From assembly GCF_001194135.2 (NCBI RefSeq), contig NC_068983.1:35745369-35796382 (forward strand): DNA of 51,014 nt, given 5' to 3'. The DNA comes from Octopus bimaculoides (lineage: Eukaryota). Positions 23,607-36,736 of the stretch are shown piece after piece; the first letter of the stretch is position 1, and each line of letters starts with the position of its first letter. Below the pieces are notes generated by a model that was not told where the DNA came from, searched no databases, and was given only the letters and a program-made list of their open reading frames with translations. Position numbers and translations under genes: made by a program.

Positions 23607-25944
23607 GTAACTGAGCTAATGTGTTTTCCAGCAAGTATTTCTAATTAGAAATTTTTAATGTTCACAACATTACATATGTTAAAACTAACTTATTGATTTT
23701 TGGTGCTTTTTAAAATTTGTTTTTCTTTTTTATTCATGTAGATGGTGTCTCTGAGTAATTAACCTCAGTGATTTACTTTTTTTTAATCTTTGTATCTTAA
23801 TTTTGCACAATATCATATATGAGGCTCAATATTCTACGTTGACAGTTCAGAGATCAAATAGATGTTTCATCATTGTTTCAGTTTAGAATGTTATATAGTT
23901 GCGATCTCAGTAAATAAAACAAAAATTCTCTGTTGTTGATACAATTATGTTACTCTTTCTTTTACTAGTTTCAGTCATTGAATTTTATGAATAATTAGAT
24001 TTTTTTTTTTTTTAATAGATAATTATATAATTAAGCTTTTATTACTTTTTTTTTCCTGAGTATTAAACTAGAATTGATTGAATACATTTTTATGTATGTT
24101 TGTAAATTAAGTATGGACACACATTCAGAACATGAAAGAAAATAAAACTCAAGTTCTAGACCTTTATTTTTATTCATTTTTGTGTGACCTCTATATCAAA
24201 GAGACTATGTAGATAAAACTAAAACGTGCTAGCAAATATTTATGCATATTAAAAGATATACATAAAAGTTCATTATTATCAAGTTCATCTTCTCATTTAT
24301 ATGACAGATTCTCTCGTTGAAGACAATGTGTAAGTGTGCAGGAAGAAAACAGAAACCCACCCCCCAACCAAATAGACAATCAACAACACACTCGGATTAC
24401 TAATTCTACTATTCACCAATGTTTACAATTCATTCACTTCACCTGGTGACTCTTAGTCCTCAGGCCACCAAAAGCAATATGGATATGAGAATGAACATGA
24501 CTTATTTAAACCAGCATGTGATCTGAGAAATCACAATGCGGACAATAATGGTTTACAGGGAGACTGTTACTCTGTTGGTTCCTTTTCTTATTTTCCCATA
24601 ATTGCTCTTGACAAAGCACCCTTTGAGCGTATATTAAACCATCCAAATCTATTTTAACAAAAAAAAAGTACCAAGATGAAAAGACAATCATCTCTACCTT
24701 AGAAGGAGAGATCATTATTTTTAGAGAAATGGTAAGATTGGTTTAACCTCAGTGTTTCACTGGTATTTAATTTAACCATCTGAGAGAAATGAAAGGAAAA
24801 GGCAACCATGATGTGAAACTAATTCAAGTTATTTAAAAAATTACTAAAATTGGTAAAGGAAATAACTTAAATCAGTTATACTTACATAATTCTGGTAAAT
24901 GGTGATGTACTGAATGATGGACACAGATTTTTAGTGAAGTGAAATTTGCTTTTTAGTTGGAGAAAAAAAAAACAAAAACCAAATCCAGAAGAATTTGGTA
25001 GCAACTTTTAAAGAGGAGATAATTTATGAAAATTAAGAACCAATTTTACAAAAAAAAAAAAAAACTTTAATTTTCATACCTATTGGAAAGAAAACTCAAT
25101 ATTTGTTGGCAGGCAAAGTAAGAACTAGACATATTTCAGCCTCATTAAACCCCATCAACACAGCATGAATGAGCTACTCAAGTCTGCTTTGATCTGTTTG
25201 CAAAAGTGTTGGGGGTTTTTTTTAAACAAATATTACAAAGATTTTCTGGTTGATATAGTTTGCATCATTACAAAAAAAATTAACTAAGTGGAAGTAACTC
25301 AAATGGATAAATGGCATGAATCATACATGTAGGTGGAGATGTACTAAATGATATATGCAAAACAAACACTGCAATAAAATAAAATTAAATAAAATCTTGA
25401 CAAATTGAAATTTGTTTTTTAATTTGAGAAAAGAAGCAAGAATTTAATAATAAATGTTAGTTTTATGCCATATTTTGTGCATGTCAACCGAGGCAACAGC
25501 ACCTTCCCACTTAAATACAAAATATCTAGTTTAGTACTCTGCCATTTCTGTTGATTTACTGCAATTTTTGTGATGTCAAATAATATTTACATGTGAATAT
25601 GTATGTATTCACATGTAAATATGTATGTATTCATGGTCATAAATTACTACGTTCCAAACACCAATTGCTGGACATATGAAATTTTTTTTCCAAAAACTAG
25701 GATTGGCTTAATTTTTTTTTTTTTTTTCCCCCCACGGAGGTCAAGTGACAGACTCACATGAGAGCAAAAAGTGAAGCTTACAAGTATTCTGTTGCTTACA
25801 TATTCAAACAACTTGTTTGTTAAATATGTCATTGGTTGTTTACAAGATTTGTCTCAGTTAAGAAGCTATCAGCCATATGCTACAGCCATCTGTTCCGCTT
25901 GTGAGTTATCATGCTGTAATTCAGACTGGTGATTTATCTGATAT

Positions 25945-25986
<42 letters not shown>
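25945..25986. repeat. (GA)n microsatellite
   Basis: Directly visible. Confidence 0.9.
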
Positions 25987-26439
25987 TGTTAACTCTCAAC
26001 TAACTACCATACTTTACTTTTAACCCTCAACCTAAACAGGATAATAATATTTATTAGTGAAGAATCTTATGTCAACCGTTCTATTTAATAGAACATGCAA
26101 TTCAGGTGTATATCAATGATAATTCACATTTATAGCAGTAAGAGGGAAATACAGAGAGAGGGGAGAGGTAAGAGGTAGAATTATATCTATCTTAGATATT
26201 GTTGTCCAGTAACAGGTCAGCCCTGTTTAGACAGACACTGCATTCCAGTCACAACCATCCCTTTTGTGTGTGTGTGTGTATGTGTGTATGTGTGTGTGTG
26301 TGTGTTCAAACATATCTATCATAGCCATCACTTACAAGCAAGTATGATTAGGTAGAATATATTGTGGTACTTTTTGGCTATCTCACCCCCATTGAAAAAT
26401 TTCTGTTAAAAAACTGGGTTATCTCCCCACTAAAATATT

Positions 26440-26667
26440 TGTCTTTATTGCCTACAGGGGGCTAAACATAGAGGGGCTAAACAAGAACAAAGGGATTAAG
26501 TCGATTACATTGACCCCAGTGCATAACTGGTACTTATTTAATCAACCTCAAAAGGATGAAAGACAAAGTCGACCTCGGCAGAATTTGAACTTAGAACATA
26601 ACGGAAGACAAAATACCACTAAGCTTTTCGCCCGGCATGCTAACATTTCTACCGGTCCACCGCCTTG
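26440..26667 (-). mobile_element. Full-length SINE B with TSD
   Basis: 16-bp TSD TCCCCACTAAAATATT (26424-26439 / 26668-26683). Confidence 0.9.
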
Positions 26668-29106
26668 TCCCCACTAAAATATTGAGTTTATGTGGTGACA
26701 AGAAATTGGATTAAAAGGGTTAGATCTTTTTGATTCAATACTTCAACGCATTGTTGACTTTTGGTCTCCTCAATAGGCATGCTATGATTTGTTATAAAAA
26801 TATTATCAGATTCAATAAGATGTTTAATCTTTTCGCTTTTCCTGTTTATAAATTTTTTTCATTTTTTGTTTTATTGTTTTATTGAGGGTTAAACAAATTT
26901 TTTTTTAGTTGGGGGAGATAACCAAAAAGTACCTATATTGTTTTTGGAGTCTATGTAGCAGTCATGAGCAAATACAGACACACTCTCGGGCTGCCCTCAA
27001 CTTCAACTGAACACCAATGATATGAGAACTGTAGCTGAGTAGATTGGTGCAATATCTGAGTCCTACTTCAGATATTTTAAATATCTCAGCTGCTATCCTA
27101 GATGAACTAGCTATCATCCCTATCTTCAAATCCTTAATTGGATGCATAAACAAACTGCTGTCAACTTGAAAGGATGTTCAGTCAACTTACATAGATTCTC
27201 TTCTCCCATGAAACCACAGTATTAAAAACTTTGTTGCATGAAGACTAAGACTTTCACATCTGCACATGCTCTCTTAACATTTGATGCTGAGTTCTACATA
27301 TTAGGGCAGGAATGATCTGTATACAGCAATCAACATATGAAATGAACCTTCAAAATCCAGTTTTACAAACACCATCTGTTACTTTCACTTTCAACAATAC
27401 AAGGAATACAGATGTCTCAGAAAGTTATTGTGCAGGAATACCAGCATGGCCACAGCCATGGTTGAATTCAGTTAAAAAAGCATATATCTAGATATCATAT
27501 AGTAGAATTTATTCATGAGTTCAGAGATGATGACTCACTGAGATTGCTACTCAGAGTTTCTTGTTATATGTAATACTTCAGGCTATAAAAAGATGGCTTA
27601 TCTTTTTGATTCCCGGAGGATCAACATAGCAAGAAACTAAGTAATAATGGAGTGAATCATCAAGTGTGTGTGTGTGCATGCATGCATATGTATGTGTACA
27701 CAGCTCTGAATTAGCATATTCATCAACTGACCTTGTTTTAAGAGAGCTGTTAAGCATAACCAATCTATTGTGCATCAGAGATAAACAGAACTGGCATCAA
27801 TAGGGCAAGCTCCCCTTGAAGAGTGTACTTCCAGCTGTTTATACGGTGCTGATAATGGTGATAAATATCGCTTCTATGAATATACAACTATCTCAGCTTG
27901 ATCAATGATCAGATAGCTATAGTAAAATTTTGACAGGGAGGGAAAAAAGAGGAAATTGGGTGAAAGTGGGAGAATGAGAGAGTAAAAACAACAATTAGAG
28001 AGCCACTGCTTTTATAGTGTAGATGTAAAAAATAATTATAATGACACACTGTCTCAAAGTAACAGGAATTGAACAGTAATGTTTTGAGAAAACAAAGAAC
28101 ACAAAAGTATAAATAATCACTTGGGAAAATACAGAGGAAGTTTTTTAGTGCATAAAAGGATCTTTCACATGCGTAAAAGGAGGTAGGCAGCTTTCATGAT
28201 GATATGAGAACGCATGCAGAGTCAGGGGATGAAGGGAAATGCCCATCCCAGGTCTGAAGGATTAATGCCTGGCCTGGGTATCTGCAAGACAATGGCTGCA
28301 GATAAAAAAAAACAGCAGTAACAATAACCAAAAAAAAACCAAAAGACAGAAATAAAAAAGGCAAATATAAATGGCGAGGAAACCATGCATATTCTTTGAA
28401 TGCTTACAACACAAAGGCACCCAAAGACCACACAGTGGAGTGAAACTGGGCATTGTGTTCAGTTCAATCTCTTTTGTTTGTTTTTTTAAATATCACTGAA
28501 GTCAAGTTTTCATGCTATCACAAGACAATGGATGTAAAGTTGATCAAATTGTTTGTGTTTTTTAACAGTTAAATACATTTTTTTTTTGTGCTGTGAGGTA
28601 GGAATAATGTTAGTTTCCAACTAGTCAAACTGGGTGAAGTAAAATAATGTATTTTCTGAAGAATCAACACATGCTAACTTTACTTAAGATTACTAAATAA
28701 TCCAGTCAAAGCAATGTTTATAGCTCTGGATCAGTTCAGGTAATGAGATTGAAAGCAGATAAAAGTTGGAAGCTTTGAAGAAAGAGAAAGCTAAGAGTTA
28801 CTATGTGAAAGTGATAATGGATTAAAAGAACTGTAATGGTTAGGGAGAGTCACACTAACTAGAAAGCCTATAAACTTCAGTTGTTGGTTATATTCTGCAA
28901 TTGTTTCAATGAGTTTGAAGTTTCATTAGGGAATTCCTGGGAACATAACCAAAAACTTCAATGAACCACAACCAGTGAGTGTGTTCAAGGCTTCATTAGG
29001 ATGGTTCTCCCAAAATATAAGAATATTAGTTTCAAAAGTTTCAGATGAAAACTTTTGCAAAACGAATTCAAAAAACAAACTGTAACAAATTTATGTTAAT
29101 GTTATA

Positions 29107-29240
29107 GGTGCAGGTGCACTGTGTGGTATGACATTTGCTTCCCAACCACATGGTTCTAGGTTCAGTCTCACTGCATGGTACCTTGGGCAAGTGTCTTCTA
29201 CTATAGCCTCAGGCTGACCAAAGCCTTGTGAGGGAATTTT
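29107..29240 (+). mobile_element. SINE A/G head fragment
   Basis: TTTGCTTCCCAACCACATGGTTCTAGGTTCAGTCTCACTGCATGGTACCTTGGGCAAGTGTC. Confidence 0.8.
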
Positions 29241-29763
29241 CATGTAAATTATTTCCTTCTAAATCAACCGTTATTACTGGAATTTGTCAGAGCTTTCTGG
29301 CATTAAACAACTGAGACATCCCTTCTCTTGGATAGAATTACAACCTGAAGTCGATCTCAAGTTTTGACCAGGTGAGTATTTGACCTTAACTTACAATTTT
29401 TTTTTCTTGTAATTTATTTCAAATTTATTACCAACATATTTTTATAGGAAGAAAAAAACCCATTAAAAGTATAAAAGACCATATTATTAAGAAAAAATAC
29501 CCTTATAACTACCATACCAAAGAAACTAAGAAAAAAGAGGGGGCGGAATTAAGCAGTAGAAAATGGGGGTGGAGGGAGTAACAAATGGTGTGTTCAGCTG
29601 CTCCATACGGGCATGACTGCAAAGGTGTTGCCAGAGAAAATGGCCAGAAAAACTGCAACAACCACCCCACCTTGCAGGGCTCCTTTCTTAAACTTATAAA
29701 CTGTAAACACTTAACAAGTACAAAGTCTCTGTTGCTCATTTATATTTTTTTATAATATATATT

Positions 29764-30140
29764 GTGGAGGCAAAATGGCCCAGTGGTTAAAGAAGCAGAC
29801 TCGTAGTCATAGGATTGCAGTTTCGATTCCCAGAGCAGGCATTGTGAGTGTTTATTGAGCAAAAATACCTAAAGCTCCATGAGGCTCTGGCAGGGGGTGG
29901 GGGTGGTGAACCCTGCTGTACTCTTTCACCACATAATTCTTTCAACCTTTCTTCCTGTTTCTATTGTATCTGTATTTCAAAGGGCCAGCCTTGTCACACA
30001 CTGTGCCACACTGAATCTCTCCCAGAACTATATTAAGGGTACACATGTCTGTGGAGTGCTCAGCCACTTACATGTTAATTTCATGAGCAGGCTGTTCCGT
30101 TGATTGGATCAACTGGAACCCTCGTTGTCATAACCGACAG
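29764..30140 (+). mobile_element. SINE family H (tRNA-Arg-like head)
   Basis: A-box TGGCCCAGTGGTTA, anticodon-loop-like GACTCGTAGTC, B-box-like GTTTCGATTCCC, then a unique body. The SINE body makes a functional tRNA gene unlikely. Confidence 0.7.
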
Positions 30141-30294
30141 AGTGCCACAATTATATATTATTTGTGTGAGTATAAGTTTCCATAGGGCAAATCACTGATT
30201 CATTGCATTTTCAATGAGAAGGGAGAGTCTAACTCGAAGAACACCAATTTTTCTAGTTTCACTACTATATTTATAACATTTTACTAATACACAT

Positions 30295-30575
30295 GGTCAA
30301 TGCCAGGCCCACCTGACTGGCTCCTGTGTTGGTGGCATGTAAAAAGCACTATCCAAATGTGATCGATGCCAGGGCTGCCTGACTGGCTCCTGTGCTGGTG
30401 GCACATAAAAAGCACCCACTACACTCTTGTTGTGGTTGGCGTTAGGAAGGGCATCCAGCTGTAGAAACATTGCCAGATCAGATTGGAGCCTGGAGCAGCC
30501 ACTGCCTTTCCAGACCTTAGCTGAACCAGCCAACCCCTGCCAGCATGGAAAACGGATGTTAAACAATGATGATAA
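30295..30575 (+). mobile_element. Family C copy with two tandem sub-repeats
   Basis: Two copies of CCTGACTGGCTCCTGTG(T/C)TGGTGGCA..TAAAAAGCAC, then GGCGTTAGGAAGGGCATCCAGCTGTAGAAA and GTTAAACAATGATGAT. Confidence 0.8.
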
Positions 30576-32141
30576 TACTCCACACAGTTTTACCCAACCA
30601 AATTCTACTTACAAAGTATTTTTCAACCTAAGGCTAGGACCGAAACTGAGATCATGTGGTTATGAAGTGAACATTTTACTTACACCACCATATAACATCT
30701 AATTATGAACAAATATCTCCCAAAGACAAAAAAAAAAAAAAAATTAGACAAGAGAACAAATGACTTAACTATAACATAAAATATGCTAAAGAATATTTAG
30801 TAGGCATCTTTGATAAATATTTACTTGAGAAATAACTCTGAGCTATATGTCTCAATGATAAGGTCTAAAACTTGGATAGTTTTGGTAAAATCTAGCAGAT
30901 AAAAAAAAAATCAAAGCTCATTTATGCTTGGTATTAGATATCTGTCAGAGATACAGATTAAACAAAGACAATATTAAGATTTACTAACAATATAAATTGA
31001 TATGCTCTTTCTTCAGTTGGTAACAAATAACTGACACTAGTCTGAATCAGATTGAAGCATTCTTTTCAGCTAATCAAACCTAATCAATGATTTAGAAGAG
31101 AACAAAGAGAAAGAAGAGAAGAAAAAAAAACATAAAGAGAAACAGCATTTTCAGAATATCTCTGTGAGTCATAGCCAGAAAATGTAATTTACATTTAATG
31201 TCCTTGCAAACAAAGCTAGAAAAGAGGAGGTGGAAAGGAACTCCTTTTGACTAAATTTACCTCATATTTTCTTGTCCATAACCTGAACATTTTCAGAGAA
31301 TTCTAGAAACTTTAGCATATTTTTTATTCATTTATTTATTTCTGAATGGATAGAAAAATCATCTATTGAAATTATACATGTGACTAAAACAACAAAACCT
31401 ATACATAGATGTCTTGGAATCTCAAAAATTCAAAGAGAATTTAGAAAATGATAAAAGGAAGCAGTCGAGGAGAGGAAAACTACCAATTAATTCTTTGTTC
31501 ATATATTGATTATTTCTTCAGTTAGAAGTCAATTTTCAATTGACTGAACACAGCATGGCTCTAGTAGGTATAGAGTATTTTAAAGAAAGGACATTCTGCT
31601 GACTAATGTTGACAAAAAAAAATTAATAAAATCCATTTCGAATTTTTTTTTTTTTTTTCAAAAAAATTTATTTTACAATTTTTTTTTTTTTTAAAGATGG
31701 TTTGGGTTGACAAGTTCTGCAAATTTAAACATTGGCACAACATGTTAAAGTATGCATTTTACACGAGAATAAAGTTAACATCGACCACATTTTAAGAAAC
31801 TGTAGCAGTGAAACCACCTTCCACAAACCCAACCATCAGTGAAGTTTATTTTAAATTCATTTGACTTGTTGATCAACTAACTTCAAGATTCCAAACAATC
31901 TTCTCTTTGCAACATCTTTAAACTCTTTTTGACTGATATGTACTTACATGTCATATCTCACCATTGACAATTTACTTACAGTTATCTTTTCATTTCTTTT
32001 TATAAAGCTCGTACACAATAACTCAATTTGAAATATCATGTTACCTTAATTTCTAGTCCTCAATTATTTCGATGCAAACCTTACTCCACCACCCATGATT
32101 CTTTTACTGAGCATAATTATGATAATAAATAGAAAAGTTAA

Positions 32142-32507
32142 CCCTTTCTTTACTGTATTTATTCTGAGATGCTCTGTGTTTCAATTATTTTGAATATAAC
32201 AAAGAATTTAGTAAAATAACATAGTTATCATTAAGCTAGTGTTAGGAACATAAATTATGACTACGGTTTGGTGGAAGATTTTTAATTCAGAACTTTGAAC
32301 TACAGAGCCAAAATCGGTTTCAGCCAGATTGGTATCAAAAGGATTAAGAATTGTTTCTCTATTACATATTTTAACACTTTTGTTATCGTATTTCTGTTGA
32401 GATGCTCTGTGTTTCTTTCAATTAATTTTAAATATAACAAAGAATTTAGTAAAATAACATAATTATCATTCAGCTAGTGTTAGGAACATAAATTGTGAGT
32501 AAGGTAG
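32142..32507. mobile_element. Two adjacent TTAA-type MITE copies (family F): one complete (32142-32343), one truncated (32375-32507)
   Basis: TTAA|CCCTTTC start and GGTATCAAAAGGA|TTAA end. The second copy repeats the GAGATGCTCTGTGTTTC...CTAGTGTTAGGAACATAAATT body. Confidence 0.7.
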
Positions 32508-32593
32508 TGCTGTCAAGTAACGTCTTTCCTATCGTACCTCAGAACCATGCAGAACATAAAAGGTGAAATATAAAAGAAATGATAATAATAATG

Positions 32594-32811
32594 ATTTCAA
32601 ATTTTGGCACAAGGCCAGCAATTTTTTTTTGGGGGGGGGGATAAGTTGATTACATCAATTCTGGTGTTTAACTGGTACTTATTTTATCAACCCCGAAATG
32701 ATGAAAGGCGAAATCTACATTGACAGAATTTGAACTAAGAATGTAAAGACGGACAAAGTGCCACTAAGCATTTTCACCAGAATGCTAATGATTCTGCCAG
32801 CTCACCACCTT
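32594..32811 (-). mobile_element. SINE B variant
   Basis: TTCAAATTTTGGCACAAGGCC...AACTGGTACTTATTTTATCAACCCC...CTGCCAGCTCACCACCT. Confidence 0.8.
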
Positions 32812-33244
32812 AATAATGATGATGATGATTATTATTTCTAATATAGGCACAAGGACTCAAAAAATATGTGGAAGGGGTTAGTTAATTACATTAACCTCAG
32901 TATTTGACAAGTACTTAACTTTATTGACTCCAGAAATATATATGAAAGGCAAAGCATATTCTTTTCCCCACTGAAAAATATTTTCTTCATTTTCTGTTTG
33001 CACATGTGAAGACTGAAGCTTCCAAGATGAAAGTATCACAACAACAGAACAATATTCTGAATTTACTAAAGATTTTTCTGATTGCAGATTTAAAACTGAA
33101 AAGGAATGACATTATATTCTAATCCGATACGTAAGACCCTAAATGAAATTATATTGCTTGCAATTTAGCACAATGGTTTACTAAATGGGGGCCTGTGTAT
33201 ATTTGCATGTACAGAAATCAGTACAAAGGCAAGCAAAGATTTCA

Positions 33245-33445
33245 AACTGCATGCAAAAAACAGGGACCTTACAAAAAATAGCAGCCAATTCTCTCTAAAA
33301 TCATACCTTATCATCTTAAAAAATATGGATACATTGGATAATGTTGTATTTGGTGCACAGTATTTTGTAAATAAGATGAGATAGTCATGTCTGGAGTGTC
33401 TTTGACTCTGGGTCGTCTCATTGGTTAAATGTTAAACAATATATA
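33245..33445 (+). mobile_element. Family D copy
   Basis: ATAGCAGCCAATTCTCTCTAAAATCATACC...ACATTGGATAATGTTG...GTTAAACAA. Confidence 0.55.
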
Positions 33446-34439
33446 GCTGGATTACTGAAGATTATGGGTGGGTGAGTCACCATTGAATGTTTTGTTGTTG
33501 TATAGAACATGGAGGATAAGTCAGCCTGGCAGAGTCCATTGTTTCTATAAACTATTGATTATAGCCAGAAATTGCAGGGACAAGAAGAGATGAAATGAAA
33601 TGAAAATGACTCAACTGGGAATTGAACAGGTGCCACAGGACTTTGACAACAATCATCATGGAACTTATTACACTGAATGTACATGGTTAGATATCTGCAT
33701 AATAAACTAAGAAAAGTTGAGGAAATTTAACAAAAATGGAAGACAATTTCTGTGTAAGGGTGCCTTTGTTGATGACAAACAATAGATATATTATGTAGCT
33801 GAGAACAGAGATAAATACAAAAAAAAAAAAAAAAGCTTAAAATGTCTAGAACTTGATATGATGCAGTATTGGTGAGAGACAGATTCGGAAGGTGATACGA
33901 TAGTAGAAGTGATAGAAGAAAAAAGAAAGATAGGGAAAATATAGATACAATACAGTTTGGAAGTACGTAGGTGTATATTAGATAAAAAAAAACAGAAAGT
34001 GAACGGGTGTGAGAGAAAATGTATAAAGAGAGATCTCAGTTAGAAACTAAGTGAAACCATTTATTTGCATATTTATTTACCCTCACTTTATTTTTTATAT
34101 ATTTAACTCCAGTTTTATTGTTGTTAATGATAATGTGTAAATATCCTGTTTCTTTTTTTTTTTCTGACTAGTTAACAAAATAAATCAACCTAAATTCATT
34201 TTATCTGTTTCACATAGGTTGAGAAGTTCACTTACCAACCATATGGCTTTGGGTTCAATCTCACCAAGCAGCACTACATTGAACAATTTGATCAAATTTT
34301 CCCCAGGTACTTAGTTTTTTAAGTCAACGACTTATTCTATCAGTGATTTTAGTCAAACTGCTAAATTACAGAGATGTAAAGAACCCAACACCAGTTATCA
34401 AATGACAGGTGGGGAAATAGATTATTTCTTGAGCCAACG

Positions 34440-34650
34440 ATGGAGGCTTTAAGGGTGATCACTTGATCTGGTAGAAATAGCAGCTAAATCTCCCTTGACT
34501 CATACTGTACTATCTTAGATAACAAAGGACACGTTGGCCAATGAAGCCCATTATACAAAAAAAGGCAGGATAGTCTTGATTGTAAGACCTTCGATTGTAG
34601 GTTAGCTTCATCAGCACTAACACCATGCTAAACAACAATAAGAACAACAA
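34440..34650 (+). mobile_element. Family D copy
   Basis: GATCACTTGATCTGGTAGAAATAGCAGCTAAATCTCCC...CTAAACAACAATAAG. Confidence 0.6.
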
Positions 34651-34796
34651 CAATAAAAACAATATGAGAATTTCTTATCTAACTCCTGGTATACAAAAGT
34701 AACTTCTTAGTTTTGTTTTCTAAGGTTTCAAACACATTTTCTGATTATTTTTGTAACTATTATCTTTGAAATACAAAAAAAGTTTATAAATAGACA

Positions 34797-35020
34797 CAGA
34801 CATGGCTGTGTGGTAAGAAGCTTGCTTCTCAACCAGGTCCCAGGTTCAGTCCCACTGTGAGACACCTTGGGCAAGTATCTTCTCCTATGGCCTTGAGCTG
34901 ACATAAGTATCAATTTAAAAAAAAAAAAGATGTACTGGGGCTGATTCATTCAACTAAACTTTTTTCAAGGTGGTGCCCCAGCATGGCCACACTCTAATGA
35001 TTGAAACAAGTAAAAGATAA
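34797..35020 (+). mobile_element. Internally deleted SINE A (head fused to tail)
   Basis: Head and CORE-like segment to about 34905, joined directly to CCCCAGCATGGCCAC...GAAACAAGTAAAAGATAAAAG. Confidence 0.75.
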
Positions 35021-35129
35021 AAGATAAATAATTATCTATGTTGTTGTTGTTACAGTTAGCTCCACTCAAATAAACCATTAGCAATTGGTAAATTGGAGAT
35101 TGAATCAACTGTGATTGTAAAAACATACT

Positions 35130-35350
35130 TACTCTTTTCTACTCTTGGCACAAGGCCCAAAATTTTTGGGGGTGGGGGCCAATCAGTTAGATCGACCCCA
35201 GTACTAACTGGTACTTAATTTATCGACCCCCGAAAGGATGAAAGGCAAAGTCAACTTCGGCGGGATTTGAACTCAGAATGTAAAGACAGATGAAATACCA
35301 CTAAGCATTTCGCTCGGTGTGCTAACGTTTCTGCCAGCTCGCCACCTTGC
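35130..35350 (-). mobile_element. Full-length SINE B with TSD
   Basis: TSD TGTAAAAACATACT (35116-35129) / TGTAAAGACATACT (35351-35364). Confidence 0.9.
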
Positions 35351-36054
35351 TGTAAAGACATACTGACAAGACTCAAGTTAGTACAATAAGCATTCTGTCT
35401 CTAGTAAGGAACAGAAAGTAAGGTGTTTAGGCATTGATGCTACAAATGCACAATGATGGAGAACACATTAGTTGACAGCTGATTCAGTAGGAGCTTTATC
35501 GTCTTATATTGAGACACAGAATGTGTGTTTATCATCTTATTTTGCGAGAGAGATGGAGGAGAGATTAATAATAAATGCCACAACAATCTATTAACGAATT
35601 TGGTATATTCTTGAAAAGAGGATGGATCCCTAATTGAAAAGAATCCATTAGGTTAATTAAAGTGTTTTTGTGTGCGGTCAAATAGGATAGCTATTATCTC
35701 TTTTAGCCCTGCAGTTCTTATGGTATAATCACCAGTTGCCTTCATAGGCCTATGGTACTTTAGTTTCTGGGAGAAGGCTTGTCAATTACAAACAACCTAG
35801 GAATCTTTCACTGTTTACACCATTGTTTATCATACACTAGGACCATATTGTACATTCAGTGTTTGTTAGTGCAGTGTTCAACAAACAATACAATATAACT
35901 GACAACAATACTGCACATTTCTTGCTATTTACTCAAATATTCTAAAATAAAAGTGCATACATTTACAGATATTGCTTGTTGTTTGGGTCTTTTCTAGTGT
36001 TTCAGACACAGATATGCTAGAGTGGTGGACTACTGCTGTTTTTTTTGGTCAAAT

Positions 36055-36736
36055 TCTAAGTGTACTAACATTTCTGCCAGCTCGCTACCTTAAAATAGTT
36101 ATATTCTTTTCTGCTCTAGGCACAAGGCTCGAAATTAGATCAACCACAGTACGCAACTGGTACTTAATTTATTGAATCCCCAAAGGATGAAAGGCAAAGT
36201 CGACCTTGACAGAATTTGAACTCAGAAAGTGAAGACTGACAAAATACTGCTAAGCATTTCCCCCAGCGTACTAATGTTTTTGTCAGTTCGCCGCCTTTAA
36301 AATAATATTCTTTTTTACTCTAGGCACAAGGCCTGAAATTTTGGGAGAGAGAGCCAGTCAATTAGATCGACACCAGTACGCAACTGGTACTTTATCTATT
36401 GACCCTGAAAGGATGAAAGGCAAAGTTGACCTCGATGGAATTTGAACTCAGAACGTAAAGACAGTTGAAATACTACTAAGCTTTGCACCTGCTGTGCTAA
36501 CGTTTCTGCCAGTTTGCCACCTTATGTCGTGACATAATATTTGTTTCAAATTTTGGGGGAGAAAGTCAGCAACGTTGTGGGGGAGATAAGTCGATTACAA
36601 TCGACCCCAGTGCTCATCTGAAAGGATGAAAGGTGAAGTCAACAGCAGTGGAATTTGAACTCAGAATGTGAAGATGGACGAAACGTCGCTATGTATTTAG
36701 ACTAGCATGCAAACAGTTCTGCCAGCTTTCTGTCTT
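36055..36736 (-). mobile_element. Head-to-tail array of SINE B copies (a head fragment plus three near-complete copies)
   Basis: Copies at about 36102-36298, 36306-36523 and 36541-36736, each with GAAAGGATGAAAGG..AAGTC and GAATTTGAACTCAGAA. Confidence 0.85.

Noticed and set aside
29764-29840. tRNA-Arg gene
   Set aside because: The cloverleaf is degenerate and continues into a 300-bp SINE body. It is a SINE head.
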